Shown in pieces: positions 21,595 to 31,071 of a stretch of DNA of 64,000 nucleotides. The position numbers were made by a program, and so were the translations under genes. Location of the stretch: IMG/VR virus record IMGVR_UViG_3300046703_000335, positions 1-64,000 of that record; one strand, given 5' to 3'. The notes below the pieces were generated by a model. The model searched no databases. It was not told where the DNA came from and was given only the letters and a program-made list of their open reading frames with translations. The number at the start of each line of letters is the position of its first letter. Position 1 is the first letter of the stretch.

Positions 21595-22192
21595 TAAGAC
21601 CTCCAGAAATTAAATTGGTACCATTCTTTACCCAAAAAGTTGTACCTAAGTAGTCTTCCATAAATGTTATCTTAGTATAATTAGGAGGGACGACAATTCT
21701 ATCCCAACCATACATATTAGGAGATACATTAGTATCATGAGCAGCAATAATGTTAACTTTATTAAATAGCATGTTTACCATATCCGCTCTTAAATGGATT
21801 CCATAATCAACAAAAGCCAAATCATATGGTTCATAGTTTAAAGCCTTTTCTAAAATTAGCTGCAATTCCTTTGTATAGAGTGTCAAGTCACCCTGTACAC
21901 CTTTTTGACACATTTGATCTACTTTTATGAGTTCTTCAGAGCAAATAAAAGGCACTTGCACCCATTTTCCATTACTTTTTTCATTCTTGTACATAGAAGA
22001 ACACTTATCAAGCCATTCTTTGTGGTACGGATAAGCAATAACTTCTACAGAGCATACAAAATCGGAATTATCCAGAAAAAAACGAGTACCATCCCCTTCA
22101 CCAAATTCGAGTACTTTTTTAATATGATACCTGGCAAATAGTTCAATAAAACTTGGTATGTAACTCTGTGCATTAATAAAATCAAAAGCCAT
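21584..22192 (-). CDS. Putative SAM-dependent methyltransferase
   Basis: VLEFGEGDGT, DLAFVD, AAHDT. Confidence 0.6.
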   Translation of the reverse strand: MAFDFINAQSYIPSFIELFARYHIKKVLEFGEGDGTRFFLDNSDFVCSVEVIAYPYHKEWLDKCSSMYKNEKSNGKWVQVPFICSEELIKVDQMCQKGVQGDLTLYTKELQLILEKALNYEPYDLAFVDYGIHLRADMVNMLFNKVNIIAAHDTNVSPNMYGWDRIVVPPNYTKITFMEDYLGTTFWVKNGTNLISGGLNDF

Positions 22193-22908
22193 TATAGCCT
22201 CCTTAACAATACTTGGTATTCATCGCATAATATAACAAAATTATTTTTTTGCAAATATGGCAGTGAGTATTTAGCTTTTCCTAACAAGCTCTCCTCAGCT
22301 GACAAAATGATTGGAGCTGGATTTCTTACATCATCAATTAGAACTAATCCTCCAATTGATATAATGTTACTATCAACTATTGCCTGAGCTTCTTTTAATT
22401 GATGCTGAGCAGTCTGTTCAATAGGGGTCATATCCCCAGTATCTATATATAATAAATCTATTTTTTTATGATATCTTGATTCAAATGTTTTTATGAAATT
22501 TACGGAATCTTCTACATGATAGGTAATTTTATTGGATAGGTGCCCTGTTACTACTTTAGATCTATTTATATGTGCTTCAGAAATATCAACAGTGTATACA
22601 GATACTCCGGAGTCAATAAACTCTTCCGCAGCAACTAAGGAAAATAAGCCCGCCCCCCAGTCCCAGTCTTCACATTTTTTAGGATTCCAATATATAGGAT
22701 CATCGCTATTGCATCCAGCTATTCCCCCGTGAACAAAACTCCTAATAGTCCCTAATTCTACAATTGTAGCCCCATTTATTGCTTTGAATAATTCAAATGC
22801 TTTTTTAAAAGTATGATATCTAAAGAGTGGGACTCTCCCAAAAAAACTTTTAAAGTCATAGCAAGAGGAGAGATTCTCATCCATAATATCTTTGTATACT
22901 TCAATCAT
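22192..22908 (-). CDS. Class I SAM-dependent methyltransferase (likely start 22908; ORF extends to 22953)
   Basis: IVELGT, IDLLYID, GGLVLIDD; paralogous motifs to 20206..20799. Confidence 0.75.
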   Translation of the reverse strand: MIEVYKDIMDENLSSCYDFKSFFGRVPLFRYHTFKKAFELFKAINGATIVELGTIRSFVHGGIAGCNSDDPIYWNPKKCEDWDWGAGLFSLVAAEEFIDSGVSVYTVDISEAHINRSKVVTGHLSNKITYHVEDSVNFIKTFESRYHKKIDLLYIDTGDMTPIEQTAQHQLKEAQAIVDSNIISIGGLVLIDDVRNPAPIILSAEESLLGKAKYSLPYLQKNNFVILCDEYQVLLRRL

Positions 22909-23875
22909 TTTGGACCCTCTCAGATATATTAAAAATTTTACTCCATTTTTCAAGCTGTACTATTTGATGCTTTTTACTGACAACTTCTAAATTTTTCTTT
23001 ATCTCTTCGTAATTTATATTTTTTACTTTCTTGGAGAGATCCTCCCATGAATTGAAGTAGACAAAAACATCCCTAAATTCCTCACAGTACCATTCTGAAT
23101 AACTTAGGTTAGCTACTTGAAAAGGAGGGGACCAAAAAAAGTTACCAGTACGGGACAGCTCTATTAGAAAATCACTTGAAGGGATAAAATATGGGATACC
23201 TAAGTTTATACCCTCAAATAACGCTAAGTTAGACCACGCATATGGAATGTGAATAACTCCTTTAAAATCCTGTAAATCTAAGGGACCACTATATCTTCCT
23301 GTGTAACATGGAATGCCCATGGATAAGCATTTATGAGGCAAGTTCATATAGATAGTGTCATTATGGTAAGGGGGTATAAAAAAACTTGATTTCTTATCCA
23401 CTGTTGTAGGGATACTTGTCAATAGCTCTTTTTGTGTAATACCCGATATAGGCTTTATAGTAAAGTCACTTAAATTTACCCCTCTTTGTCTTGCGTACAA
23501 GTACTCAAAAGGAGTATATGAAATTAACTTTACTTTTTCGCTATTAATGCTATTATTCCATAACGAAAAATATTCGGAATCCGGGAAACCATCTCTATTA
23601 GGATAATCAAACCTATTGCATATCCAGACAAGTAACTTACCTGAGTAGTTATTCTGGAGAAATATCCTTGATAGGGGTGCAGTGTCTGATGTTATAATAG
23701 TATCAAAAGTATTGAAATATTCTTTATGCTTTTCCCATATTGTTGCGGCGCTATCATGCGTGATAAGGTAATCCCAATCAGCCTGCATAACACTAACATC
23801 CAAGCCTAACAATTTGGCTACATTATTTATATCTCCTATGCAACCCTTATGGTAGCTAACATGTAGTATTTTCAT
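22901..23875 (-). CDS. Putative glycosyltransferase (GT-B-like)
   Basis: C-terminal HIPYAWS..ALFE...GIP.F; glycan cluster context. Confidence 0.5.
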   Translation of the reverse strand: MKILHVSYHKGCIGDINNVAKLLGLDVSVMQADWDYLITHDSAATIWEKHKEYFNTFDTIITSDTAPLSRIFLQNNYSGKLLVWICNRFDYPNRDGFPDSEYFSLWNNSINSEKVKLISYTPFEYLYARQRGVNLSDFTIKPISGITQKELLTSIPTTVDKKSSFFIPPYHNDTIYMNLPHKCLSMGIPCYTGRYSGPLDLQDFKGVIHIPYAWSNLALFEGINLGIPYFIPSSDFLIELSRTGNFFWSPPFQVANLSYSEWYCEEFRDVFVYFNSWEDLSKKVKNINYEEIKKNLEVVSKKHQIVQLEKWSKIFNISERVQND

Positions 23876-24816
23876 CTAAATAGCTCCAGAATGCTGTTTA
23901 TTCTATTTATATAAGTGTGCTTATCTTTTACTAATTTCATTAGCTCAATAGCTTTTTTAGGAGAAGCACCTTCTTTTGCTTTACAATATAGAGTGTATGT
24001 ATTTTCATCATAGATAAGGCATTCATTAAATACCCTATTTACCGCTTTTGAATTAGTTATCCCTGTGTGCCCATAGCTAATATTCTTAAATATCCTGCAA
24101 GGTATGTAGCCCATCTCTACCTGAGGTATGCTACAAAGTTGAGGAGCGTATATTGATTCTTTTATTAGTTCAACATGTTGATCATTAGTTATAAAATTAG
24201 CGTGCCTCTTTAAATACCCAATATCCGTACCAGGTGTATATCCTCCATAAGCATGCACCTCTATTCCATCACTCCGGCACCCCTCAGAAAATCCTATAAG
24301 CTGGCTTCTTACATCATTGTACCCCCCATCAAGTACTGACCCTACATAATTTACTATATTCTTTCTCTTTAGGTTAGCCCACTCAAAGTTTATTTCGTTT
24401 GGAAGCAAGTCTGTAGCCCATGGTTGATAGATAGCGGAGCCCTCTATTATTGTATAATCATTTATTTTAGTAGTACCTTCAAGATTATATACTGGGTCTG
24501 TCAATACCTGGATATTAACAATACGGTCTAATACTGTAATAAATACATCACGAGGGCAATTGTGCAAGATGTATAACCCATCTTTTCTTATGGGTATTTT
24601 AAGGCATTCTTCACTACCAGAAGTTAAAAAAAGAGTATCTGAAAAATTAAAGTTTGACACGTCTATAGTATTGTTAAACCAATAGGTATCATACCCTAAA
24701 AATTTAAACGCTTTATAAAATGCCTCATGAATATACGAATGAGTATGTGTATCTTTAGGATAACCCCAGATGACTACTCTCTTTACGTTTAGTAAACGTG
24801 CATTTTTATCAGTCAT
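23872..24816 (-). CDS. Putative glycosyltransferase (CgeB/GT1-like)
   Basis: YVGS, RIFKNISYG, HTYINRI C-terminal motifs. Confidence 0.6.
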   Translation of the reverse strand: MTDKNARLLNVKRVVIWGYPKDTHTHSYIHEAFYKAFKFLGYDTYWFNNTIDVSNFNFSDTLFLTSGSEECLKIPIRKDGLYILHNCPRDVFITVLDRIVNIQVLTDPVYNLEGTTKINDYTIIEGSAIYQPWATDLLPNEINFEWANLKRKNIVNYVGSVLDGGYNDVRSQLIGFSEGCRSDGIEVHAYGGYTPGTDIGYLKRHANFITNDQHVELIKESIYAPQLCSIPQVEMGYIPCRIFKNISYGHTGITNSKAVNRVFNECLIYDENTYTLYCKAKEGASPKKAIELMKLVKDKHTYINRINSILELFR

Positions 24817-24819
24817 ATT

Positions 24820-25506
24820 CTACACTTCCAATCTTGCATAAATATCCCCAAAATCAATATGGTGGATATTTGTGTATAAGTATTCTGACATATCATTTTT
24901 AGTAAGCCAAGTATCATTACTAAATATTAAGGATTCTCCCTCACTATACTTATAGGTATATCTTCCTACATTTTCCAAGATATTCATGCATGTAAGGGCA
25001 TTTTCTTTCAATTCAGGTGTGTACTCAATGGATATATATGGAATAGGATATGACAATCCTTTCAAAACCTCTACTTCACTACCCTCTACATCTATTTTAC
25101 AGAAATTTGGAATGCCATAGTTTTCTATAAGATTATCTATTGTACTCGTTCTAATCTCAATAGGGGCATTCCATTCATAATTTTTGAATCTTTTTGACTT
25201 TGTCCTCTCAATAAAATCTTCTGAAAAGGTACTTAAAGTAGAAGCACTAGATAATCTAAACATACGGGGTAAACCATCTGATGATAGCGCCAAAGGAATT
25301 ATAATTACACAATCATTACTATAAAATTTATTAGTTAACTCTACTAAACATTTTTCTTGTGGTTCTATGCATATAACTTTTACGTTATATTTTAGAAAAA
25401 GTTCAGTCTTAGCTCCTGTGTTTGCTCCAATATCAAAGACAGTGTCTCCTGCCTTCAAAATTTCATCCAATATCATACCACGTACTCCTACTATGTATAT
25501 ATTCAC
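24820..25506 (-). CDS. FkbM-family methyltransferase
   Basis: FDIGANTG, IEPQ, KIDVEGSE.EVLKG. Confidence 0.9.
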   Translation of the reverse strand: MNIYIVGVRGMILDEILKAGDTVFDIGANTGAKTELFLKYNVKVICIEPQEKCLVELTNKFYSNDCVIIIPLALSSDGLPRMFRLSSASTLSTFSEDFIERTKSKRFKNYEWNAPIEIRTSTIDNLIENYGIPNFCKIDVEGSEVEVLKGLSYPIPYISIEYTPELKENALTCMNILENVGRYTYKYSEGESLIFSNDTWLTKNDMSEYLYTNIHHIDFGDIYARLEV

Positions 25507-26750
25507 TACATGAGTTCTATTTTAAACACCCCAACACAGTGATGGTCAGTGTTATATCTTATGACCGCTTTATCACTCGTACCAAACGGATCATACTCTT
25601 TTAGAAATGATTCTACTAAATAATCCATATCTTTAAAGTACTTAGTATAAGCGTTACTTATGTGGACTTTCAATTTACGTACTATATCACCATATTCCTT
25701 TGTAATCTTATAAAACTTATTTATGATATCTTTTTCTGTAATATAAAAAGTTGGAATAGTTAAATCTTGAAGATCCACACTTTCCGCAAAATCTACACAT
25801 TTAAAACAATATGAGATACTAATAAAAGGAGTTAAAACAGCTGCGGACAACACATTTGCATGTAACCTTGTACCAATTGTGAGAAAGCATTGAGAAGCTA
25901 TTTTAAGTATGTCCTCAAAAGTTAGAGTATTAGGAAAATGTGTAACATAATTAATCAAACTTTCATGACTTTCTTTTATTTTATCATACATCAATTTACT
26001 TAGCTGCTTATCAGAACTATTAGACATATCAAAAAAAACTATATTATATTCGCCAGTCTCTAATAGCTTAATACAAACCTTATAGATCTCCTCAAATATC
26101 CTGCTATTATACTCTTCTATAGTCTCATTATCAGAAGAACCTAGCCTATGAGGACCAACAACATGTACAATACTAACTCCTATATTCTTCTTTTTTTGGC
26201 ACAGCTCTATTGAGCTATCCCTAAAATTTATAAAACAGTTACTAAGTAAACCTGCATCGTACATGTAAGAGCCAATGTCTGTATTATTCACTTTTTTAGA
26301 AAATAACACAGACATCGGACCTCTTAATCCTCCACTTTTTACACCTGAGAGATTATTCAGGCTAACTTTTATGGTGTCATTAGTTATATAATCAATTTTG
26401 TCATATTCTCTATTTATAAAATGACAAATATTACTATTATTTAAGTTAAAATCTGGATTAATGCCCGTACCAAAAGCCATGCTAAATTTACCATCGTTTA
26501 TCATACCTGCATAGGTATTATCATAGTTATGTATAAGAGTCCCTCCACCAAATATCCTTATATCAGATAAATCTCTCCAACTTAAGGCATCTACTTTAAA
26601 GCTATTGTTATATACCTCAACAATGCTAAATTTTTTGTTTAATGAGCTCCTTAATAATAGAATAAAAATTAAATAGAGTATGTCATCCCCTATATTACCA
26701 CTATTAATGCACCCTGTATAAAAACCTTTTATTTCTACAGATGGACTCAT
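25506..26750 (-). CDS. Polysaccharide pyruvyl transferase family protein
   Basis: GNIGDD, GGGTL, LRGP, DAG, IGTRLHA. Confidence 0.85.
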   Translation of the reverse strand: MSPSVEIKGFYTGCINSGNIGDDILYLIFILLLRSSLNKKFSIVEVYNNSFKVDALSWRDLSDIRIFGGGTLIHNYDNTYAGMINDGKFSMAFGTGINPDFNLNNSNICHFINREYDKIDYITNDTIKVSLNNLSGVKSGGLRGPMSVLFSKKVNNTDIGSYMYDAGLLSNCFINFRDSSIELCQKKKNIGVSIVHVVGPHRLGSSDNETIEEYNSRIFEEIYKVCIKLLETGEYNIVFFDMSNSSDKQLSKLMYDKIKESHESLINYVTHFPNTLTFEDILKIASQCFLTIGTRLHANVLSAAVLTPFISISYCFKCVDFAESVDLQDLTIPTFYITEKDIINKFYKITKEYGDIVRKLKVHISNAYTKYFKDMDYLVESFLKEYDPFGTSDKAVIRYNTDHHCVGVFKIELM

Positions 26751-27454
26751 ACTTGATATACCTTATGATCCTTTTCCAATGCACATAACTTCTTTGTTGC
26801 CCTATAAGGATGCTCCTTAGCCCATTCTGCATCTTTAGGGAAACAATATGAAGGATCTAATATCACACTTGGAGGATTATCTATGAAGTATCGATTCATA
26901 TGACTCTCATCATGCCATACAGCTACATACCCTTTATTTATATCTTCTCCGATATTATTAGAAATAGTCTCTGACATCTTTAAGAAGTTTGCAGCTTTAC
27001 CCCCGTTAAAACCTCCAGCATAATAGTGCTGACCGCACATAGGAGCTACATAAGCTCTTGATACAGGATTCCTATCATAGGATAATACATGGAGTGGAGC
27101 GTTCCAATAGCCTGGATGCAACGTAGCTACAGAATCCCCAAGTATCTCATTACCCACATACCCTTCAAAGACCATATCAATATCACAATAAAAGAGGTAG
27201 TCCATATCTGATAATATCTTGGAATTCTTGCAAAAAATCTCATATCTACGTAAAGTCATCCCAGGCCATGGATAGTGTTCTTGAGGAATTACCGTAACAT
27301 CATTTCTTTTTATGTCATTGGGTAGATTTGTAAAAAGGAAATAACTGATCTCATGACCCTCTTGGGATAAAAAATAATTCTTGGCTGAATCATACAGATT
27401 ATCTATAAATTCAAGATATTTGTTCGTAGCTATATTTAACAAACCTATCTTCAT
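26747..27454 (-). CDS. Family 6 (ABO-like) glycosyltransferase
   Basis: IATNKY, CDID, LHPGY, AYV...YYAGGFNGG, WHDESHMNRYF. Confidence 0.92.
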   Translation of the reverse strand: MKIGLLNIATNKYLEFIDNLYDSAKNYFLSQEGHEISYFLFTNLPNDIKRNDVTVIPQEHYPWPGMTLRRYEIFCKNSKILSDMDYLFYCDIDMVFEGYVGNEILGDSVATLHPGYWNAPLHVLSYDRNPVSRAYVAPMCGQHYYAGGFNGGKAANFLKMSETISNNIGEDINKGYVAVWHDESHMNRYFIDNPPSVILDPSYCFPKDAEWAKEHPYRATKKLCALEKDHKVYQV

Positions 27455-28107
27455 ATGCTAAACCTAATCTTTCTTAATGTTTCTGACAGAGCGCTATTCT
27501 TTGTATTAAAAAAGGAATCACTATGAATTCGATGTCTAACCAGCACCATATCTATATTAAAAAAAGTCCAACCATCTTTAATTAATCTTATCCACAAATC
27601 ATAATCCTCTACACCATCCCATGAGAAATCCCATGAAATATCTCTTCCTCTTCTATTAATCATTGATGAAGAGTTTATTATAGTATTTATATCTGAAAAG
27701 TTAGATTCAGAAATATCACCAGTGTACAACCTTGGGGTATCATCCGATTCCCCAAAATACTGACAATGTGTCCCTATGACATCATACCGGGCTGCATAAG
27801 CTATCTGTCTTTCTAATTTTTCTGGTAGCCAGACATCATCAACGTCTAACAGACAAATAGAATCATATTTAGAAAAAAGTAAAAGCTTATTTAATGTTAT
27901 AGATTTACCCTTAAACTCCGGGAACTCTCTGATATGGATTTTATCTGAAGAATAGCTATTAGCTATTTTAAAAATTTCAGAATTTCCAGGGTGACCATTC
28001 ACCCCTATAAGAAGTTCCCAGTCTATAAACGTCTGAGCTTTTATAGAAGATATACTCTCCTCAAGGAATTCTATACCATTATATATTGGCATTAATATCG
28101 AAACCAC
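27451..28107 (-). CDS. GT2 glycosyltransferase
   Basis: SILMPIYN, LLDVDD.W.PEKLE, EDYDLW. Confidence 0.9.
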   Translation of the reverse strand: MVSILMPIYNGIEFLEESISSIKAQTFIDWELLIGVNGHPGNSEIFKIANSYSSDKIHIREFPEFKGKSITLNKLLLFSKYDSICLLDVDDVWLPEKLERQIAYAARYDVIGTHCQYFGESDDTPRLYTGDISESNFSDINTIINSSSMINRRGRDISWDFSWDGVEDYDLWIRLIKDGWTFFNIDMVLVRHRIHSDSFFNTKNSALSETLRKIRFSI

Positions 28108-28811
28108 TATGATATTCCTCTTAGTACCTCAGTAGCTACAGTCACATAATACTCTTTATTTAATTCTAAAGTTCTTAGCATGCTATCGGGTCTTTCAGTG
28201 TGTTCATATATTAATGTAGGGAGATATTTAAACTTAGCACCTGCCATGAAACATCGACACCAGAAATTCCAATCCTCATAGTGTGCACCCTTTCTTACTT
28301 TATATCCAGACACTTTCTCCCACAAACTTTTACGATAGAGAGAAGAACAAAAAATTGGATTATGTGACAAGAGTACTTCTTTTGTTATTTCTCCAATAAA
28401 GGGCTTGACTACTCTACCTGAACTAGTCATGTATCCGTAAAAGATATCAAAATCTTTGTCAATATAATGTGCAAGTGTCCGAAGACTTCTTGGGAAGAAA
28501 AAGTCGTCAGCATCTAAGGTTATAACAAATTCATAGTTAGAAGCTTTAATACCTGTATTTCGTGCGGCACTTAATCCCATATTTTTTTCATGTTGAATTA
28601 CCCTAATAGCATCTCTATTCTCATTTATTAAACTCAGAGCCTCTTGATTAAAAGGCTTAGTAGAACAATCATCTACTAAGATTATCTCTTTCTCAATATT
28701 CTGTAATAAGCAACTACTAAGTGCTCTGTAAAGGAATTCCGAATCATTATACGTGCACACTATTATGGATATCATAATCATTTCCATTCTAAGGGAATAT
28801 CTTGATGACAA
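28107..28811 (-). CDS. GT2 glycosyltransferase (likely start 28781 or 28775)
   Basis: VDDCST, GLSAARNTG, LDADD, EDWNFW. Confidence 0.9.
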   Translation of the reverse strand: MSSRYSLRMEMIMISIIVCTYNDSEFLYRALSSCLLQNIEKEIILVDDCSTKPFNQEALSLINENRDAIRVIQHEKNMGLSAARNTGIKASNYEFVITLDADDFFFPRSLRTLAHYIDKDFDIFYGYMTSSGRVVKPFIGEITKEVLLSHNPIFCSSLYRKSLWEKVSGYKVRKGAHYEDWNFWCRCFMAGAKFKYLPTLIYEHTERPDSMLRTLELNKEYYVTVATEVLRGIS

Positions 28812-29587
28812 GATATGTTATATATTATATCCTTGTTTTTTAACATTTTATCATATGACAAGCTCTTACCATTTATATACTGCTCATTTATCTCATAAGC
28901 AGTTAATTTACCGTGCCTATTTCCATTTACATCCTGAACTTTATTAGCAGGTATATTTAATAGCTTTGATTCGGTGAAGCACATCATATAGGGGACAGGC
29001 AAGGGGCTATTAGCTAAATTACCCTCAAACGTATTTGGGTTTGAATATTCTAACTGTACTAATTTTGAGTAAATATCCTTTGTTCTAAATAGATGTCCAT
29101 CAAGGGACATGGGGTATGACCAGTCACCGGGGCAAGCTTTATGCCAATCCCAGATCAATTTATCCCCAATAAAATTGGGGGGAGTCATCGGGATATTCAT
29201 AGTATAACAGTAATTTATCCCTGGGTACAACCTAAGGGATAGGCAAGCAATATCCTCGTTATGTAAAAAATAATGCACTTCAGGGCTGTCAATATCAAAC
29301 TTGTCTTTTAAAATTATATCATCCACAAAAAAGATAGTAAATACATTTCCCATAGAAATTAGCTTTAACATATCACTTTTGAAACAACCCTTATTCTCAA
29401 AAGCGAAGTGAACATCTGGATGAAACATTATAGTTTTTACATAACCAGAACCAAAAGCTTCATTACTAAATGTATAAAGTACATGGATATTGCCTGGGGA
29501 TATCCCACGAAACATTCTTTTTAGGCTATTAAGAAATAAATCTAACTGACATCCACGATCTTTACTAAAAACCACTAAATTTATCAT
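28778..29587 (-). CDS. GT-A-like glycan protein
   Basis: FSKDR..QL, FFVDD, YPMSLDGH. Confidence 0.6.
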   Translation of the reverse strand: MINLVVFSKDRGCQLDLFLNSLKRMFRGISPGNIHVLYTFSNEAFGSGYVKTIMFHPDVHFAFENKGCFKSDMLKLISMGNVFTIFFVDDIILKDKFDIDSPEVHYFLHNEDIACLSLRLYPGINYCYTMNIPMTPPNFIGDKLIWDWHKACPGDWSYPMSLDGHLFRTKDIYSKLVQLEYSNPNTFEGNLANSPLPVPYMMCFTESKLLNIPANKVQDVNGNRHGKLTAYEINEQYINGKSLSYDKMLKNKDIIYNISCHQDIPLEWK

Positions 29588-29600
29588 ATTTATCCTTTAA

Positions 29601-30365
29601 TTAAAGAATAGCCCTATAAGTATAAGGTTGTTTAGCTGCAAAATAATCGGCAAACTGCATCTGCTCTTGAAGTCTCATTTTACCATCATTATAGGGAGAT
29701 TCCTGATTATACACATAGATACGTTCATGTACAAATTGAACCCTACTAAAGCCTGATAGTTCCAGCATAGGAAACATAATAGCAAGATCCCAAGTCACCC
29801 TAGCATATAAACCATCAGGACCCCTTAAATCTTCATCCTTGACATGTTTCCACACCTTATATTTAAAAGTCCTTAAATGAGAAGCTCTCCAGTTAACTTT
29901 TCGAATTCCTATTTCCCAATCAGAAGCAGTATATGGAGCATTATTGGTATTAGCTCCCGGATCCGGATAAGATGCCCAAGATCCATGTGTCACCAGTAAT
30001 TCTGGATTATTCTTATAATACCCATCTACAATGGACAATGTATCAGGACCTGCAAACCAATCATCTGCATCAAGTGTAACAATGATATCGTTGTCTTCTG
30101 GTTGCTGCTCATTAATTGATCTAATAATATTTGCAGTAGCAAATAATTGGGTCTCATTTGCTATTACTTTTATTCGCGAATCCTTTTCCGCAAAACTTTT
30201 AGCAATCTCCACAGTTTTATCATCTGAAGGATCAATTACAACACATGCTGTCCAATCTTTATTATCTTGGGATATAACAGAAGATAAACATCTCTCTATA
30301 TATTTCTCTACTCTCCAGCCAATAATTACTATTCTATACACATCACACCTCATCCCATCCAACAT
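29601..30365 (-). CDS. GT2 glycosyltransferase
   Basis: YIERCLSSVISQ, DPSDD, LDADDW. Confidence 0.85.
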   Translation of the reverse strand: MLDGMRCDVYRIVIIGWRVEKYIERCLSSVISQDNKDWTACVVIDPSDDKTVEIAKSFAEKDSRIKVIANETQLFATANIIRSINEQQPEDNDIIVTLDADDWFAGPDTLSIVDGYYKNNPELLVTHGSWASYPDPGANTNNAPYTASDWEIGIRKVNWRASHLRTFKYKVWKHVKDEDLRGPDGLYARVTWDLAIMFPMLELSGFSRVQFVHERIYVYNQESPYNDGKMRLQEQMQFADYFAAKQPYTYRAIL

Positions 30366-31071
30366 GAAAAACCGTTGTACCTCTTAAGTATAATTCTTTT
30401 TTCTTATCCTCATAAATTTTTAAATATGGGGTACTTGAATTCAAAGGATCATGTATCAGCCAGTCATCTTCACTATGAAGTACATACTTTTTCTGTGTAA
30501 GAAGACACATAGTAGCATCGTCCCTACCATAAACACCACCATGATTCGTCCATGGATGATCATTCAAGAACTGATGATGAAAAAGCATCATCCCACCAGC
30601 TACACTCCAAGGGGTATAAAATTTATGACCCCCATGATCCTTCGCCGAGCAATTTATCCGAACAGGGTCATGTGCCCAGAATCGAGCGCTACAAAATCCC
30701 ATAATATCATAATCAATATTATCACATTGACTTATATAATGTAACCAGGGTTTAAGTATAACCATATCGTTATCCATAGTTATAACAAGATCAGCTTGAT
30801 ACCCATAAGTTTTAAATAGCACATTAAGTATTGCAGCTTTTCCAATATTGCTCGCATAAGGTATTGAGTCAAGCACTATACCTATATCATTAAATAGGGT
30901 ACAGTATCTGCTAATTATCTGAATGTCTTCTGGGGAAGCTTGATTTAATCCAACTGCAATGCGAATGTCATACACATCCCCTTGTGGAGTATTATTAAGA
31001 AGACCATTCAAGGTAACATCTAAAACTTCAGGTCTCTTATATGAGGGTATAAGAATAGCTAACTTTTTCAT
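30343..31071 (-). CDS. GT2-like glycosyltransferase
   Basis: ILIPSYKRP, NIGKA, MDNDM, GRDD. Confidence 0.75.
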   Translation of the reverse strand: MKKLAILIPSYKRPEVLDVTLNGLLNNTPQGDVYDIRIAVGLNQASPEDIQIISRYCTLFNDIGIVLDSIPYASNIGKAAILNVLFKTYGYQADLVITMDNDMVILKPWLHYISQCDNIDYDIMGFCSARFWAHDPVRINCSAKDHGGHKFYTPWSVAGGMMLFHHQFLNDHPWTNHGGVYGRDDATMCLLTQKKYVLHSEDDWLIHDPLNSSTPYLKIYEDKKKELYLRGTTVFHVGWDEV

